From Cycas panzhihuaensis (lineage: Eukaryota > Plantae > Cycadophyta), in assembly GCA_023213395.1 (NCBI GenBank), contig CM041465.1, positions 172,739,741 to 172,803,740 of the forward strand: a stretch of 64,000 nt of DNA, written 5' to 3'. The notes beneath the pieces were generated by a model. That model made no database searches. It saw nothing but the letters and a program-made list of their open reading frames with translations, and was not told the DNA's origin. Numbering within the stretch: position 1 is the stretch's first letter; each line of letters opens with the position of its first letter. Below are positions 13,726 through 27,050 of this stretch, piece after piece. Position numbers and translations under genes: made by a program.

Positions 13726-14509
13726 CCTTCCCTACTCTTGAGTAGACCAGGCACACCGCTTCCTCTCTTCTCCCTCTAAAATGAGCCTAAACTACCACTC
13801 TATATATGTCTCCATTCCTCCTAACTATAGATGGAGTGGTGGCTTAGGGTGGCCTCCTATCTTTATAGCTCCATATCTTCTATGGCATCTTTTTTTGTTT
13901 CCCTCCTAAGGGAAGCCTTTCCTCCTAATTAGATGTGTAAGTTTTGCATCACTCCTGAGCTAGGAAACCTACCCTAACTAGGACTTCATGCTTGAGTATC
14001 TATACTCCTTCTTTGCCATCGCTTCCTTTGCATATCTGTTATGCTCCTTTGATGGACATGCATGGCCCTCCATCTCTCAGCCTCACACATGGCTATCACC
14101 TACACGTATAGTGGTTATGTATGCCTACTACGAGTGTAGTCCTGCATGAGAGGAAGCATGGCTGTCACCCAAGTGGTCTAACAACAAAAGTTGCATATAC
14201 CAATCAACTAAAATCATCATGATGCATAGCCCCTCTTGTACCTGTGCACCCATATCTCTATGCATATGCATATAAATAAATAAACAACAAACACATCTCA
14301 AAACCATCATAATACCATCATCATGGATTAAATAGGGTACTAATTGGCCTCCCTCTATATACATATAAATCATATCATACATTGTCATATAATATGTCAT
14401 CTAGGCCATCATGCCTTAGGAAGCCAGAATCCTTATAAGGAGGAGTACAATCATGTGTTGATATATGGTAACGCCTTGGAGGTCCAATGCTTTCCTTCTT
14501 AAAACTAAT

Positions 14510-16569
14510 AGTGTGTGTAGCTCCTTGGAATCCTACTATTAAGGGGTATCGTCTCTTGGCCTGCGTGACCCCTCCCTAAGAGACCACATACCTCCTAAGC
14601 TCCTCTGCCACCACTACGAGCTCCTTGCCTTGCTCCCCTCGTCTTAAGGTCTCCTTGGGGTCATCACCATCGTGCGGGTCTGTGTCCTACTCTGCAACGA
14701 TGTCATAGCAACCTACTCCACTAACTAATTGTATCATGCTTAGATATGATCCCTCTCTCTCTTTATCCCTCAGAGTCTCTCCTCTACTCCTCAAAGACTC
14801 TCCTCTAGCATGGTAATCCTAATGCGATTCTCTGTATCTCTACCTGCTGCTCCTTCTCCCTGAGCCTCTATAGCTTAGACTTAGCCTCATAAGGTGTCTC
14901 TCTTCATAACCACTTGTTTCCTCTCTATGCGAATCCCATCCAACTCCCTTTGTAGCTATCTAACCCTCACTTGGTGCTCCTTAGACTCTACCATCCACAT
15001 ATCCTTGGCCCTGATCAATGGGGCAAATGCCACCGTATGTGCCCTTATCGATCAAGGCTCTTCTCTAGCCTGGATGTGAGGTTACCCTTCTGTGTAGATC
15101 TAGGGAAACAACTCCCAAGCTACTGCCTCTACCAACCTTGCCATCTTTGTTACTCTTGCCAAATTGTACATACCATGTGTTAGTCTATATATGCATCAAA
15201 ATCAAATCAAAAGCAAGTCATCTAAGTAGCTAATGATCAAAAGACGTTAGGAAAGGGTAGTGTCTCACCTCCTAGGATGGATGGCTCCTCAACTCGGATG
15301 ACCACCTCCTCCATAGGAGCTCCCTCGATTGTTGGGTCACCCTCCTTGGCCTCAAGTACCACCTCTCCTACCTCTTGAGCCATCCAGGCCTCTCCCATAT
15401 CCTCTCCTCTATCTGCTACAACTATCACTACCTTTGCAGCTGCTACCATCGCCACCATTACCATTGGAGCCTTACCTGTTGCTCTCCCCCTCTTTGCTGG
15501 TGGCTTATCTTCTCTTATGGCTCCAGATGGACCTACCTCACCTCTTGCATCTCTAGATGGGATTGCCCCATTGCCTCCATCATTACCTCCACCCTTATCT
15601 GGTTCATCTCCTAGCTCCCTTATTGCGTCGTTGTTGTCCCAATGTACTCCTCTATATGGATCAACTATATAATTTGTTAGGGTAAGGAGGTTTAGTGATG
15701 TTGCCTCCACCGATCTCTTGACATGAGCTTGATCCTCAGTTCCCCTGAACTGAGTCTGCCACCTGTGCACCATGGGCACTTATGCTGAGATAAGATGAGG
15801 CCATCTAGGTGGCACTACTGCTATGAAGTGATAAAAAAACCAACACTGTAATATGGTACAATATAAAAATCCACATCTCCTTGCTACTTGGATAGCATCT
15901 AACTGAGTAACCATGTTTGTTGCTATCAAGGTGGCCTAATCCAACCTCTCTCCTGCCTCACATCGCTTGACTGTGGCCATCTACTTGCTAGTATATCCCT
16001 ATAATTTTATTTCTAAGAAATCTAGAATAGAATACCTAGTGTGATGAGCTTCCTTACCCGAGGAATCATAGACATCACTATAGTCTATATTGACATCCCT
16101 TGTCAGTCCCATCTACCCTGGACCATGAAATACGTGGTCATCTCCATGTGTATAGCATCTGTGCTAGGTAATGTGCCTATGATGTTGGCGCTCCTCTTGC
16201 TAGTACTCCTAGGATCCTCCTGATGTCTCATGGTGTGATTATGATGTCCCCTATCTGGGGAAGGTGAAAAACATGCCACTTGTGGTCCCAGTGGAAGACT
16301 ATATCCACTAAGAGGCATTGATCTGAGGCATACTGTGGTGTCCTGATAATCTTCAGTAGCCTGCAGTATCCTAGTATCTACCTATCTCCATGCAGCATCA
16401 TCTCAATGAAACTCATCATGGCCACTTTGATATTCTTGCAATTGTCCACCATGATAACTGCTTGAAAAACCACCTAAGAGTCAGTCTAAACGCTTCTCAT
16501 ATTATGCCTGACTGCACTTGGGATAGCACTTGCCCTATCGGGCTACGTTTGGTACCTCCCCAAGCCCAT
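14510..16569 (-). pseudogene. Antisense extra ORF: plant mobile domain (PMD, aminotransferase-like) plus acidic/Gly-rich linker and coiled-coil-like tail
   Basis: Frame from ATG 16569 reads LLVDIVFHWDHKWHVFHLPQIGDIIITP*DIRRILG (PMD consensus xxVERWxxxTHTFHLPxGEMTITLxDVxxILG) and GERLD*A (~15940). It continues through ORF 15237-15779 into an E/R/K-rich tail. 3' end approximate. Confidence 0.8.
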
Positions 16570-17717
16570 TTTCTTCTTTTTTCTACTAATCTATATTTGC
16601 CCTGCATTAAACTCTGTGGTACCATGAAGTTTGATATGGGCCCCGCTAAGATTTTTGTGTCCCCTTTGTAGCCCCACGACAAACTCTGTGGCCTCATGAT
16701 CTTTAACATGAGGTCATTATTTCCCCTTATAAAAAAGGGGGATGCCTAAAAAAAATCCTAAACTTTTATCTAAGTGGGCCTAAGCCTGGCCCACTGGGAC
16801 TAGGGCTGCCAAATGCCCTAGTCCTCCCCCTCTCTAGGCCCTAATCATGCTCTAGAGGGTCCCAGATCGCTCTTAAGGGGTTGGAAACTAATTAAAAAAC
16901 TATTAAAAAGCATTAAAAATAAATGACGAAATGAAAGGGGTAGGGGATGATCCACTCATTAGATCCAACCTAGCCACCACCATCTTGTCGTCTGCGTCAC
17001 ATCGGTTGTCTCCTTGCCTTGATCCAACAATTAGATCTCTCACTATATACCTCTGAAATTGGGTAGCACTTTGCTGTGTAAAGGAAGGGCTCCAGATCGA
17101 TTATGAGCCTGTAAAAATAGATCATGTTTTTCTCCCTCTTTCCTTTATATATGCTGAGGCCCTAAGGGGCACTTCTTCTTTTTCTTTTATCGTGATAGCC
17201 CTCGCGACTGCCTCCTTACCCTCATTACCTTTGTCTTCTAGGTCCGTCTCTTATTGCGCCCTTGTGGCTTCCATTTCGAGCTTATTGGTGCATTTATGAT
17301 GACTCCTTTAATCTCCTACAGACCCTTTTGTCTCATTTTTCAAGCCACTCTAAAATGTACCAATGTTTATACTCCTTTGACTCGTTTCACCATCCTGGAT
17401 CTATTTTTGCTACCTGTTTGAGCCTTTGGAGCTCCTAAAGGAAGAGCCTCCCCTATTCAGGACCTCACCTTAGTCCTTTTGGCGACCATCGAGCCCCCAA
17501 AGGGGTTTTTTCTACTGTTGTCTCCTTGCCTCTTCATTGGGTTAATTTCCTTGCCCCTTGGTAGCCTTTTTTAGGACTCTCTTATCCTTTGTGACCCATA
17601 TCCTTAGTCCTCTCAGTGATTCGTAGCTCCATCACTACTTCTCCTCCCCTCTCACATCTACTAACCTCGCTGTCGCTCTTCCTCCCATCGTTAGATAGAT
17701 AACCTCATTTCCTTGCT

Positions 17718-18152
17718 ATGGTATTGCTTATCTTCACTTATGGAGAAAGTCGTGGTAATCCTAGACCTTTTACTGCCATGTGGATCCTATGTGACCCCTT
17801 TGGATATGACTATATGTGTTATGAAATCTTCCTTCCTGAGGCCACCAATAATAAAGTTGAATACACAATTGTTATTGAGGCCCTTATTGATGCACTCTAT
17901 TTCCATCATGGTCCCATCGTCCTTCTTTGTGACTCTTAGATTATTGTGTCGCATCCTACCTAGGTTTACCAGGTACGTTACCTATATTTGAGAGATCTCA
18001 CTTCAACTACTAGGTCCCTCCTATCTTATTTCTCTTATGTGGATATTCGTCACATTCCTCGAGACCTAAATGCCAAGGAAGATGGCCTTGTCTATCACAT
18101 GCTCGAGCGTCATCTCCCTCTCCTCGATGATCCTCCTTCAGGAACCCATTAG
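17718..18152 (+). pseudogene. Stand-alone archaeal-type RNase HI (aRH) ORF, ~144 codons
   Basis: MVLLIFT(Y for D)GESRGNPRP...ATNNKVEY...LCDS*II...HIPRDLNAKEDGL: RNase HI motifs in one frame, own ATG, two internal TAG. Confidence 0.88.
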
Positions 18153-18622
18153 GTGGCCTAAATAACTTAGTTCTGGGATTGTCCCATCTTTTCTCTTGTG
18201 ATCTGCTCACACCTCCAAAAGCTGGCCACTAATGAGGTTAAACTATGGTGACTACCAGGTTAGTTTCTTTACCTTGTCCTTCGTACCACCTATGGCATGA
18301 AGCCCCTGCATGCCGATCTCTATGCGTACATACTTCTCATTCATATTATTTGATTAATCATATCCACTCTGTCATTATCATCTACCCTGCATATGTGCGA
18401 TGGGGGCATTCCCCCTCGTCCACCCTATCTTTCATTAGATTTTAGGGTAACATATAGGTAGCCCTTATATCACCCTTTTCTCCTCCTTATCCATGCATTC
18501 CATTATAACACTTGCCACCACCCTTAGATGATGACACCACTATACTTGATGCATGTTACTAACTTTTGTGTTGTCAGCATTCATCATCGCATCATGCTTC
18601 TGAGTAGCAAGGCTCTACTGCT

Positions 18623-18632
18623 AAGGGGGCAG
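18623..18632 (+). promoter_or_regulatory. Polypurine tract of Tat element
   Basis: AAGGGGGCAG immediately before the TG of the 3' LTR. Confidence 0.8.
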
Positions 18633-20435
18633 TGTTTTTCGACTATCGGGAATGAACATGGGCGACTTGACTGAGGTAAGTGTAGGTATGCTTCTATCCT
18701 TATTCCTATTGGCATCAAGATGCTATGAGGTTGTCGATAGAGGTACATTACACATTTGATTGGTTGATTATGTGATCATTATGCATTGTTTGCCTATGTA
18801 TGTTGTATCTCAACACCTTAGCCTATGACGACTCAGGATACATACCCCATGGCACTCTACAATGCTCCACCATATCTCCACCATGTTTCCAAGTACTCTT
18901 AGCTCCTATAGCCCATCTTTTATCATTATTTGGTGTGACATGACCTCCCTAGTGACCCATTTAGGCATGGATGTTGCCTTTGCTTCCCAATTGTCTGTTT
19001 TTAGGGCTTTGTTGCCATTTTTTCCCATGCACTATGGTCCCTCTAGGTCCCATGACCCTCCTTACCACCTCAACATTATATTATCACCCTTTTGAGGTCT
19101 AGAACTCCTCTTTTTGGAAGCCTCTTGGGCTCCTCCCTTTCATTTTACCTTAGTCTTGGCCGCACTGCTGCAAACTCTATGGTACTGCGAAGTTTGCCAT
19201 GGTGCCACTGTTTAAAAGCCTTTTTTGTTTGGCCACGGCTAATTTCATATTAAATGCAAAATTGCCACATGGCGTTGGGCTATTTCCCACCCAGGGCAAA
19301 TCTTAATCAACTGCTGAGTTAGGTTTGGGTTTAAAAACCTAAAATTTTCCTCATTTCTCGCCTCTCTTTCTTCTTCCTCTTCTTCTTAAGGAAAAGATAT
19401 GAAATAAGTTCCTACCTGGTTATACCTACCTCCTACTCTTGTTATCATCTCTTCTAGGGCAGAAACGTGAGTTACAGGTCTGTAACAACACCTCCTAAGA
19501 CAGATCCACGTCACAAGTGCTTCACTAAGCCTCAAGCACCAATTTTTCTGTAGGTTATACTTCTCCTTTGTACCATTGTAGGGATTTTCCAGTAGTCCTC
19601 CAAGGGGAACCTCATCTTCTACCAGTTTGTATAGTAGATCTGCCTTAGATCTACCCTTACCAGGTATCTACAGGCCTGTGTATGCTCCTCCTTTTATAGC
19701 ATAAGCATCCTCTTTGCTTGTCTTTCCTATTTGTGTGTGTGAAGTCCCCCTTCATTCTTCCATCTTGGGAGGTAAACCCTCCTTTCCATTGGTTTATCCC
19801 TCTTCTTCTCAAAGTTTTCCTTGGGTCCATCTAAGGAGGTGGAAGGAAAAGAGACCTATGGAGAGAGAAAAGAGCTTTAGGCAGGGTTCTGCACCCTTAC
19901 ATCTTCTCCTCAAGGGCAACCCCCTACTCTCCATTCCTTTTCCTTCCCTATACCTCCCTTGTTCACCCGAAACTTTTGAGATAGGCAGTTCTGTGGATTA
20001 CATCGTTAGCAGCCCCTTACTATGCCTACAACCAGCCACGAAGAACCCCATAAAACTTGGTTATCAACACCCCTTCTTGTGTTTCTTAGCCTTGGGTTTG
20101 CTTTTGCAAAATCTTATAAAAGTTGCGCTTTGCAACTTTTACGGTTTTTGCAACTTTCTTGCAACACTTCTTCTCTTATGTAAAACCTATTGTTTTCTTT
20201 ACTATCGGATGGTCTTATCCCTCTTGGCCATTTTCTTAAGTGATTAGGAATACAGAGACATTCTATTAGGAGGGTTATCCATTCTGAGGCTACCCATCTT
20301 CCTCCCTTTCACCCCTCTACCCATATTATTAGATTGTTGTGCATACATGGTAAAACAAAACTAGTATTGAATATTTGATTATTCAAAAGATATTCATTGG
20401 GGTTATCTTTTTGCTCCTTTCTTTCAAAGAAAAGC

Positions 20436-20534
<99 letters not shown>

Positions 20535-20537
20535 TAT

Positions 20538-20577
<40 letters not shown>

Positions 20578-21900
20578 TTGCTCCCATGTATATCTAGTGC
20601 CCCTTGGGAAAGGGTAAATTGTTTGTTGTATAGGTTCCGTCTACTTGAAGCGAACATAGGCCTTCATTATAGGTATGCATACTTTCTACATTATTATTGT
20701 AATACTTTAAAATTTTGTTATAAGTATTCTTTTTTTTCCTTTTGTTTTCTTTCACATTTGGGTATTAGGGAAGGTAAGGAAGCCCTTGCCGATGTCCTTT
20801 CACTACACCATCCGTGAAAAGGTGCATCAAGGAAGCAAGCATGGACTGTGAAGGAAGCAAGGTGACCTCTACATCAACCATCTAGTTTCTAGGTATGCCA
20901 TTTCTATCTTGTCCTTTCACTCCTTGCCTTCTTTCCCCCTTTCTATTCCCAAAAAGAAAAAGAAAATATCAAAGGAAAAGATAATTTGCACTGCATTGCT
21001 TGTTGTTTGTCTTGATTAGCTACGTAAGGGTAAGACTATTACTTTGCATAAGTAGGTGTTGCTCCCTATTAGTTACATCTCTACTTTCTCTCCCTCCCAC
21101 TCAAACTCTTGCTTCTGCTAGGATTTAGGTGGGATAGGTTGTGCATCCTTCTACTTGTACCTTACTTCCCCTTACTTATGCAAGGTTGCTTTCTTGCCTT
21201 TTCTTTTCTATACTTATAAAAGGTAAAGAGAGGGAGGTTAATACTTGGGAAAAGAAAGAGTGAGTATGTTATTTTGTTCGTTCTTCTTTCTACTTAGAAA
21301 CAAAATACAAATAGCAATAACGCGTATCCCTATATTGTCTCACCATATAACAAAGCCAAAGATATAAAACACCTTACTTTGTTTCTCGCACCTAACTCCC
21401 AGCTTAGGTGTAGATGCCTTGAGGGCACTACCCCTTAAGGTCCTCTTTTCTCTTGTTTAGTAAAGCCTCTCTTTGCTTAACTTTCAGCTAGGAGTAGGTC
21501 CTTTATCTCAACTTCCTCCTCATCACCCATATTGCTAGTCACTTACGTCTCGTGTGTGAGTCTTCTTTTCGGTTATGACTTACTCCCCCCATTCCCTCTT
21601 CGCAGGAAGGGGTGTGTCCCCACCTTTATCCTCCTTCCATGGCCATTCAAGATAGGAGGGTCTTTTTAGAGGCTACTCGACAAACCAGGGAAGTCCCTCT
21701 CATGCCCAACCTTAAATCAAGGAGGTGTTTACCTAGAAGGGAGTTCATATGCCATTTATGAGTCCTCGATCTTGTGTTATGATCCACGAACACCCTTTGT
21801 GGGTGATCATTTCCCTTTCCCTTGTAGATGCTTTAGCCACGAAGTTGTTAGCTATATTGGCTCGATCTCTTCAAATATGGTGACCCCTAAAGGCACGACT
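18633..21900 (+). repeat. 3' LTR of Tat element
   Basis: Starts TGTTTT after the PPT; colinear with 3221-6538. Confidence 0.92.
20436..20576. repeat. (TA)n microsatellite inside 3' LTR
   Basis: TA run with few interruptions. Confidence 0.97.
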
Positions 21901-21905
21901 CCACT

Positions 21906-22334
21906 GTCCTAAATTAATTTATGATGCTATACTTTTAAACCTTAAGTCTATTCTTGATGTACTATAACATAGAGTGAAAGATATATATTTTGATTCTAGA
22001 AATATAGACTTCTACATATGAGTACTTAATAAGGGCATATAATCATGATGATTGATCAAACTTATATTAAACTTAAATGGGATGTTCTTAAAGTTATGTG
22101 CACTTATAATCTTGAGAAGAATAGGGGCTTGATATGATCTACCTCTAGCTTGGATGCTTATCTCTACTTTGGTAGTATCCACCAAAGTTTTAGGGACTTG
22201 AAACCTATTAAGCCTTTCCATAATTAGTGATGAGCCATGCCACTTATTAGTCCATGTAAAAACCCTATTAGGCACTTCAACATCTACTAGCCTTATATCT
22301 TCCATCATACTGATAACTATTTATATATGGTTTA
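21906..22334 (-). pseudogene. LINE ORF2 endonuclease C-terminal fragment
   Basis: LVDVEVPNRVFTWTNK...MERLNRF...SYQAPILL...PFKFN (ORF 22012-22308). Confidence 0.85.
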
Positions 22335-22785
22335 TGTCAGAATAGGTACAGGCACAATGTCACAAGATCACAAAGATAAAAAATTATAGGAAAACAAACA
22401 TTACACATGTATATAGATTTTGCTAGGTGGAAAACCCCTTATGGGGAAGAAAAACCACCTCCTAAAGCCATGATTTTATTTATATTTATAACTATACAAA
22501 GATTATAAGAATACCATCTACGTATAACAAACCAGCCTTTGAAACAAGCTTTGGACAACTTCCTAGATTATCGGAACCACCTCCTTGAATCTAGGAGAAG
22601 ATATTAATAATAAGAAAGGTTCGTTGAAATGGGCAGTTGTGCATTTCAATGACCTTTCACATAATAATTAAATAATAACATTAACTCGTAACTTTAAACC
22701 TTTGAATAACTTAAATATTTATTTATGCATGTGACATAAAATAAAACATAACAATTAAATAAAAGTAACATTAATAATCCTAGCA
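22335..22785 (-). repeat. 3' LTR of copia 1
   Basis: TG...CA; near-identical to 29762-30207; adjacent TCCCCCTTT (PPT, reverse complement). Confidence 0.93.
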
Positions 22786-22849
22786 TCCCCCTTTAATGTT
22801 AGCTTTTATAATATAAAAAAAGAAGGTCTTCATCATGTTGATCCTCCTT

Positions 22850-25800
22850 TGATGGAGACTTCTTTTATCTTTAACAAATCTCACAGGTTTAGAAACTTGA
22901 CTTCAGTCAAAGACTTTGTGAGTATATCAGCAACCTGTAGATCTATGGGACAATAAGACAAATGAATAATGTTATCAGTAACAAGATTATGAATAAAATG
23001 TTGTTGTAATTCTATATGTTTAGTTCTAGAATGTGCAACTGGATTTGTAGCAGTAGCAATGACACCTTGATTATCAACTTTAAGTTCTATGGAAGAGTTA
23101 GGAGGTAGCCCAATTTCATTTAGAAGAGATTTGATCCAAAGTGCTTCTTTGCTGGCTTCAACGGGTACTCGATATTCGGCTTCAATCGTTGATAGAGCTA
23201 GTGCCTGCATTTTTTTACTAGACCAAGTAATAGATGAAGAATCTATAAAAAATACATAACTTAATGTAGACTTACAGTTATTTGTATCACCTGCCTAATC
23301 TGAATCAGTATATCATCTTAAGGTTAAAGGTTTATTGTAAAAATTATAAGTTAGTCCATAAAAGATAGTGTTATAAAGATATTGTAATATATATTTAGCA
23401 GCTTTCCAATGTGATTCACGTGGCTTTTACATATAACGTGAACATAAAGCGACATCATAAGATATATCAGGGTGGGTATGAGTTAAATAAATAAGACTAC
23501 TAATTAGTTATCTATATAATGTTATATCACATAAAGGTGTGGAATAATCAGTAGAGAGTTTTACACCTGATTGTAATAGATTAGAGATGGGTTTAGCATT
23601 TTCCATGTTAAATCATTTAATTAAGTCTAAAATATATTTAGGTTGGGATATAATTATTTTTGAATCATGTTGATAAATTTGTAATCCAAGAAAATAATGT
23701 AGGAGACCTAAATTAGTCATTTCGAATTTATTCATTAAAGTAGTTTTTAAGTGATGAATGCTATTTATTGATGATCTAATAATGATGATATCATCAACAT
23801 ATAGTATTAAAATGGTAATATTATCATTTTCATGTTTGAAATAAAGATTTATATCACTAATACATCTAGTGTATCTAATTTAAATTAGATAATCATTAAC
23901 TTTAGTGTACTAAGCTCGAGGAGCTTGTTTTAATCCATAAATAGATTTCTTTAGTTTACAAACTAAATTAGGATTATCAATAAATCCAGGTGGCTGAGAT
24001 ATATAGATCTCATCTTTGAAATCACCATTCAAAAATGTGCTTTTTACATCCATTTGATGGATTTCCTAACCAAACTTAGCTGTGAGAGTAATCATTATTT
24101 TAATCATATTCATCTTTGCTACAAGAACAAAGGTTTAGTTACAATCAATGCCATCTATTTGAGAAAATCCTTTTGTGATTAGGTGAGCTTTATATTTTTC
24201 AACTGTGCTTGTTGAGTTGTATTTAGTTCTATAAACCCATTTACAGCCAACTATATTTTTTTCTAGTAGGAGTGATATAAGATGCCAAGTTGAATTCTTG
24301 ATTAGAGTATCAAATTCAACTTGCATAACTTCCTACCATACATAATTATTGCTAGCTTATTTAAAGGTTTTAAGATCATTATTGTCCATTATTTTAGCCA
24401 TTAAAGTATAGTTAGCATGTAATTTTTGGGTACATATTCACCTGGTATCTGAAGGATTACTTACATCAGATCCAGTATCAGTAAGTATTTTCTTTGCCCA
24501 TATAGGCTGTTTGTTAGTAACTGTTTCTTAGTTACAGGTTAATTTGAGGAGCTAGCTTGAGAAGAAGAGTCTATTTCAGTAGGTTTAGATAGAGCCTAAT
24601 TCTAGACTTGAGTAGATAAGGATTCTATGATTTCAGGATCAACTTGTTTGTTAGAGGGGTTAACCAAACAGGTGTTGGTTAATAGATTTTTAACTGGAAG
24701 TTCTACATAAGTAGAGGTTGAAGAAGATCCTTCTTCATCAAATATTACATCACATAAAATTAAAATTTGATTCATGACTGGGTTCAAAAGTCTATAGGCT
24801 TTACTTTCTTCGCTGTATCCAACGAAGATATATTTTTAACTCTTAGGATCAAGTTTCTTATATTTTTCTTTGGGAATGTGTCCCTACGCAATACTTCCAA
24901 AGATTCATAAATAATTGATTGAGGGTTTTCTTCCAGACCACTTTTGTTCTGGAGTAATGTTTTATAAGCATTTACTAGATAAGTAGTTTAGAAGATAGTT
25001 AGAGTAGTTTATTGTGTCTGCCCATAACTTTAGGTCAAGGTTCTTTACATGTAATATACAATGAGTCGTCTTAACAAGAGTACGATTCTTGAATTTAGAA
25101 ACACCATTTTACTGAGGAGTGTATGCAACGGAATGCTAAAATTGAATTCCGTACTTCTTATAGAAGGAAGTAAATTTGCCATTTAAGTATTCCTTAGCAT
25201 TATCAAATTTAAAAATTTTAATTTTTGAGTTTGATTGGTTTTCAACAAGTGTTTTGAATTCTGTGAAGATATCAAACACTTGGCTACGTGTTTTAAGTGT
25301 GTATACCCAACATTTTCTAGAAAAATCATCAATAAACATGACAAAATAATGAGAGCTAGAATATGATGTTACATGAAATGGTCCACATATATCAGAGTGA
25401 ACAAGTTCAAGTAGAACTTTTGCTCTAAATTGAGTTTTATGTAGAAAAGGGTCCATGTGTTGCTTACCTGTTACACAGGCTTCATAGACACCATAAATAG
25501 TATTTAAAGATAGAAGACCATGAACCATGTCATGTCCTTTTAGGTATTGAAGTTTGCCATAACTAGTATGGCCAAATCGTGCATGCCAAAGTTTACTGAT
25601 TGAGTTAGATTTGGCTATAAAGGCACTAAAGGGTTTTGAATTGTTATTTTATAAACTTGTTAAACTATAAAGACCTATACTATGATTAACATGTCTATAG
25701 GCAATACGTTTAAATTTGTTTAATAGTTCTTTAATAATAAATTAATCTTTCCAGAATCCAACAACAAGATCTTTCTGGCAGATTTAATAAACTGAGAGTA

Positions 25801-27050
25801 GGTTTGGTAACAAACTAGGTACGTAGAAGATGTCCTTTATTGAATTGTCTTTTAAGGTAACATCACCTGATCCTTTTACTTTAGGTTGGGTTCCGCTTCC
25901 AAAAGAAATCTCTTCTTCAGATTGATAAGTAGATAAGTTTTTCTGATGTCCTGTTATGTGATGGGATGCACCAGAGTCAAGGATCCATTGTGGTGGTTGA
26001 TTAGTTGGGGCAACAAATACAGAAGTTGTTACCGTTAAAGAACGATTATGAGTTTGTTGTCGATTTTGTGGTAGAGATTGAGGTCAGTTTTGTAATCCTT
26101 TGGAAGTTTTTTATGCTTCTAAAGCTATTCTACTTCTACAGATATTAGTAATATGGCCTCTTTTATAACAATAGGCACAACTAGTATTCTAAAAAGGATT
26201 TATATTATTCTGATTAGGAGAGGATTGATCAGAAGTATTCTGATGTTTAGATGGACCAAAATACTTAATATTATTTTGGGAGTTAGATTGTGAACTTCTA
26301 TGAGGTTTATAAAATTTTAGATTACTCTTAAAATTGTTCTGATATTTATTTTTATTTTGTGGCTTAGTTTTAGAAAATAGAGCCTCGGAAGGATCTTTTA
26401 ATATGCCTATCTGAATTAACATCATTTGATGTTCTATCAGTTGGTTTGTCAACTGATTAAATGTTATAGGAGGATTACCAGTTTGTTGTCTGACTGTTTT
26501 AAAAAAATCAAAATATTTTAGTAATTTATTTATTACAAGACGGATGAGCACATCGTCATCTTTAGCATGAGTGATTATTTGTTTGGTATCACCTACTTTA
26601 GTTTTAGATTTAATACAATTACCTAGGTCTTTATTAATTAGTTAAATTTTGCATAAAAAATCCTTAACCTTGGAAAATTTATCATAATTAAGGTCATACA
26701 GTTGCTGTTCTAAGACAACCAGTTGATGTGTATCGAGCTTATCATATTTTTCTTGCAGAGTGTTCCAAACAGTGGCTAGATTGTCTATTTTAGAAAACTG
26801 CCGACTAATTTTTAGTGAAAGTGAGTTCAAGATGGTATCTAAGGCTAAATTTGAGTTCATCAAATATACCATATAACTTTCTATAGTTTCATCTTTTATT
26901 TTTTAAATTCACTTGTTACATATCGCCATATCTTTTGCTATTTAAGTTGATGGGATATGTGATTCCTCCAATTGACATAGTTTGAGCTGGTTAAAACTGG
27001 AATTGGAACGCAAGTGGTTGTCCTTGGCATTAGATCCATATTGGAAATCA
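22850..27050 (-). pseudogene. Copia gag-pol, decayed
   Basis: LTSSNYVNW (gag start), WILDSGASHHITG (~25960), LELVHSDICGP/FIDDFSRKCWVY (INT), GCKWVYRTK, LILYVDDI (RT), SRTKHIE/QVADILTK (RH). Confidence 0.92.

Larger units (their letters stand above)
3221..21900 (+). mobile_element. Full-length Tat-type (non-chromovirus) Ty3/gypsy LTR retrotransposon, ~18.7 kb
   Basis: 3.3-kb direct repeats, Arg-type PBS, PPT, gag-PR-RT-RH-INT order, WxxxHxxxxHxxxxC knuckle (~8650-8700), probable TSD CCATC (3216-3220)/CCACT (21901-21905). Confidence 0.93.

Noticed and set aside
14510-18152. PMD and RNase H ORFs as host genes
   Set aside because: Both lie between integrase and PPT of one element and are decayed to a similar degree as its pol.
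19714-20247. 177-aa ORF in the 3' LTR
   Set aside because: Not open in the 5' LTR copy and has no motif; chance ORF.
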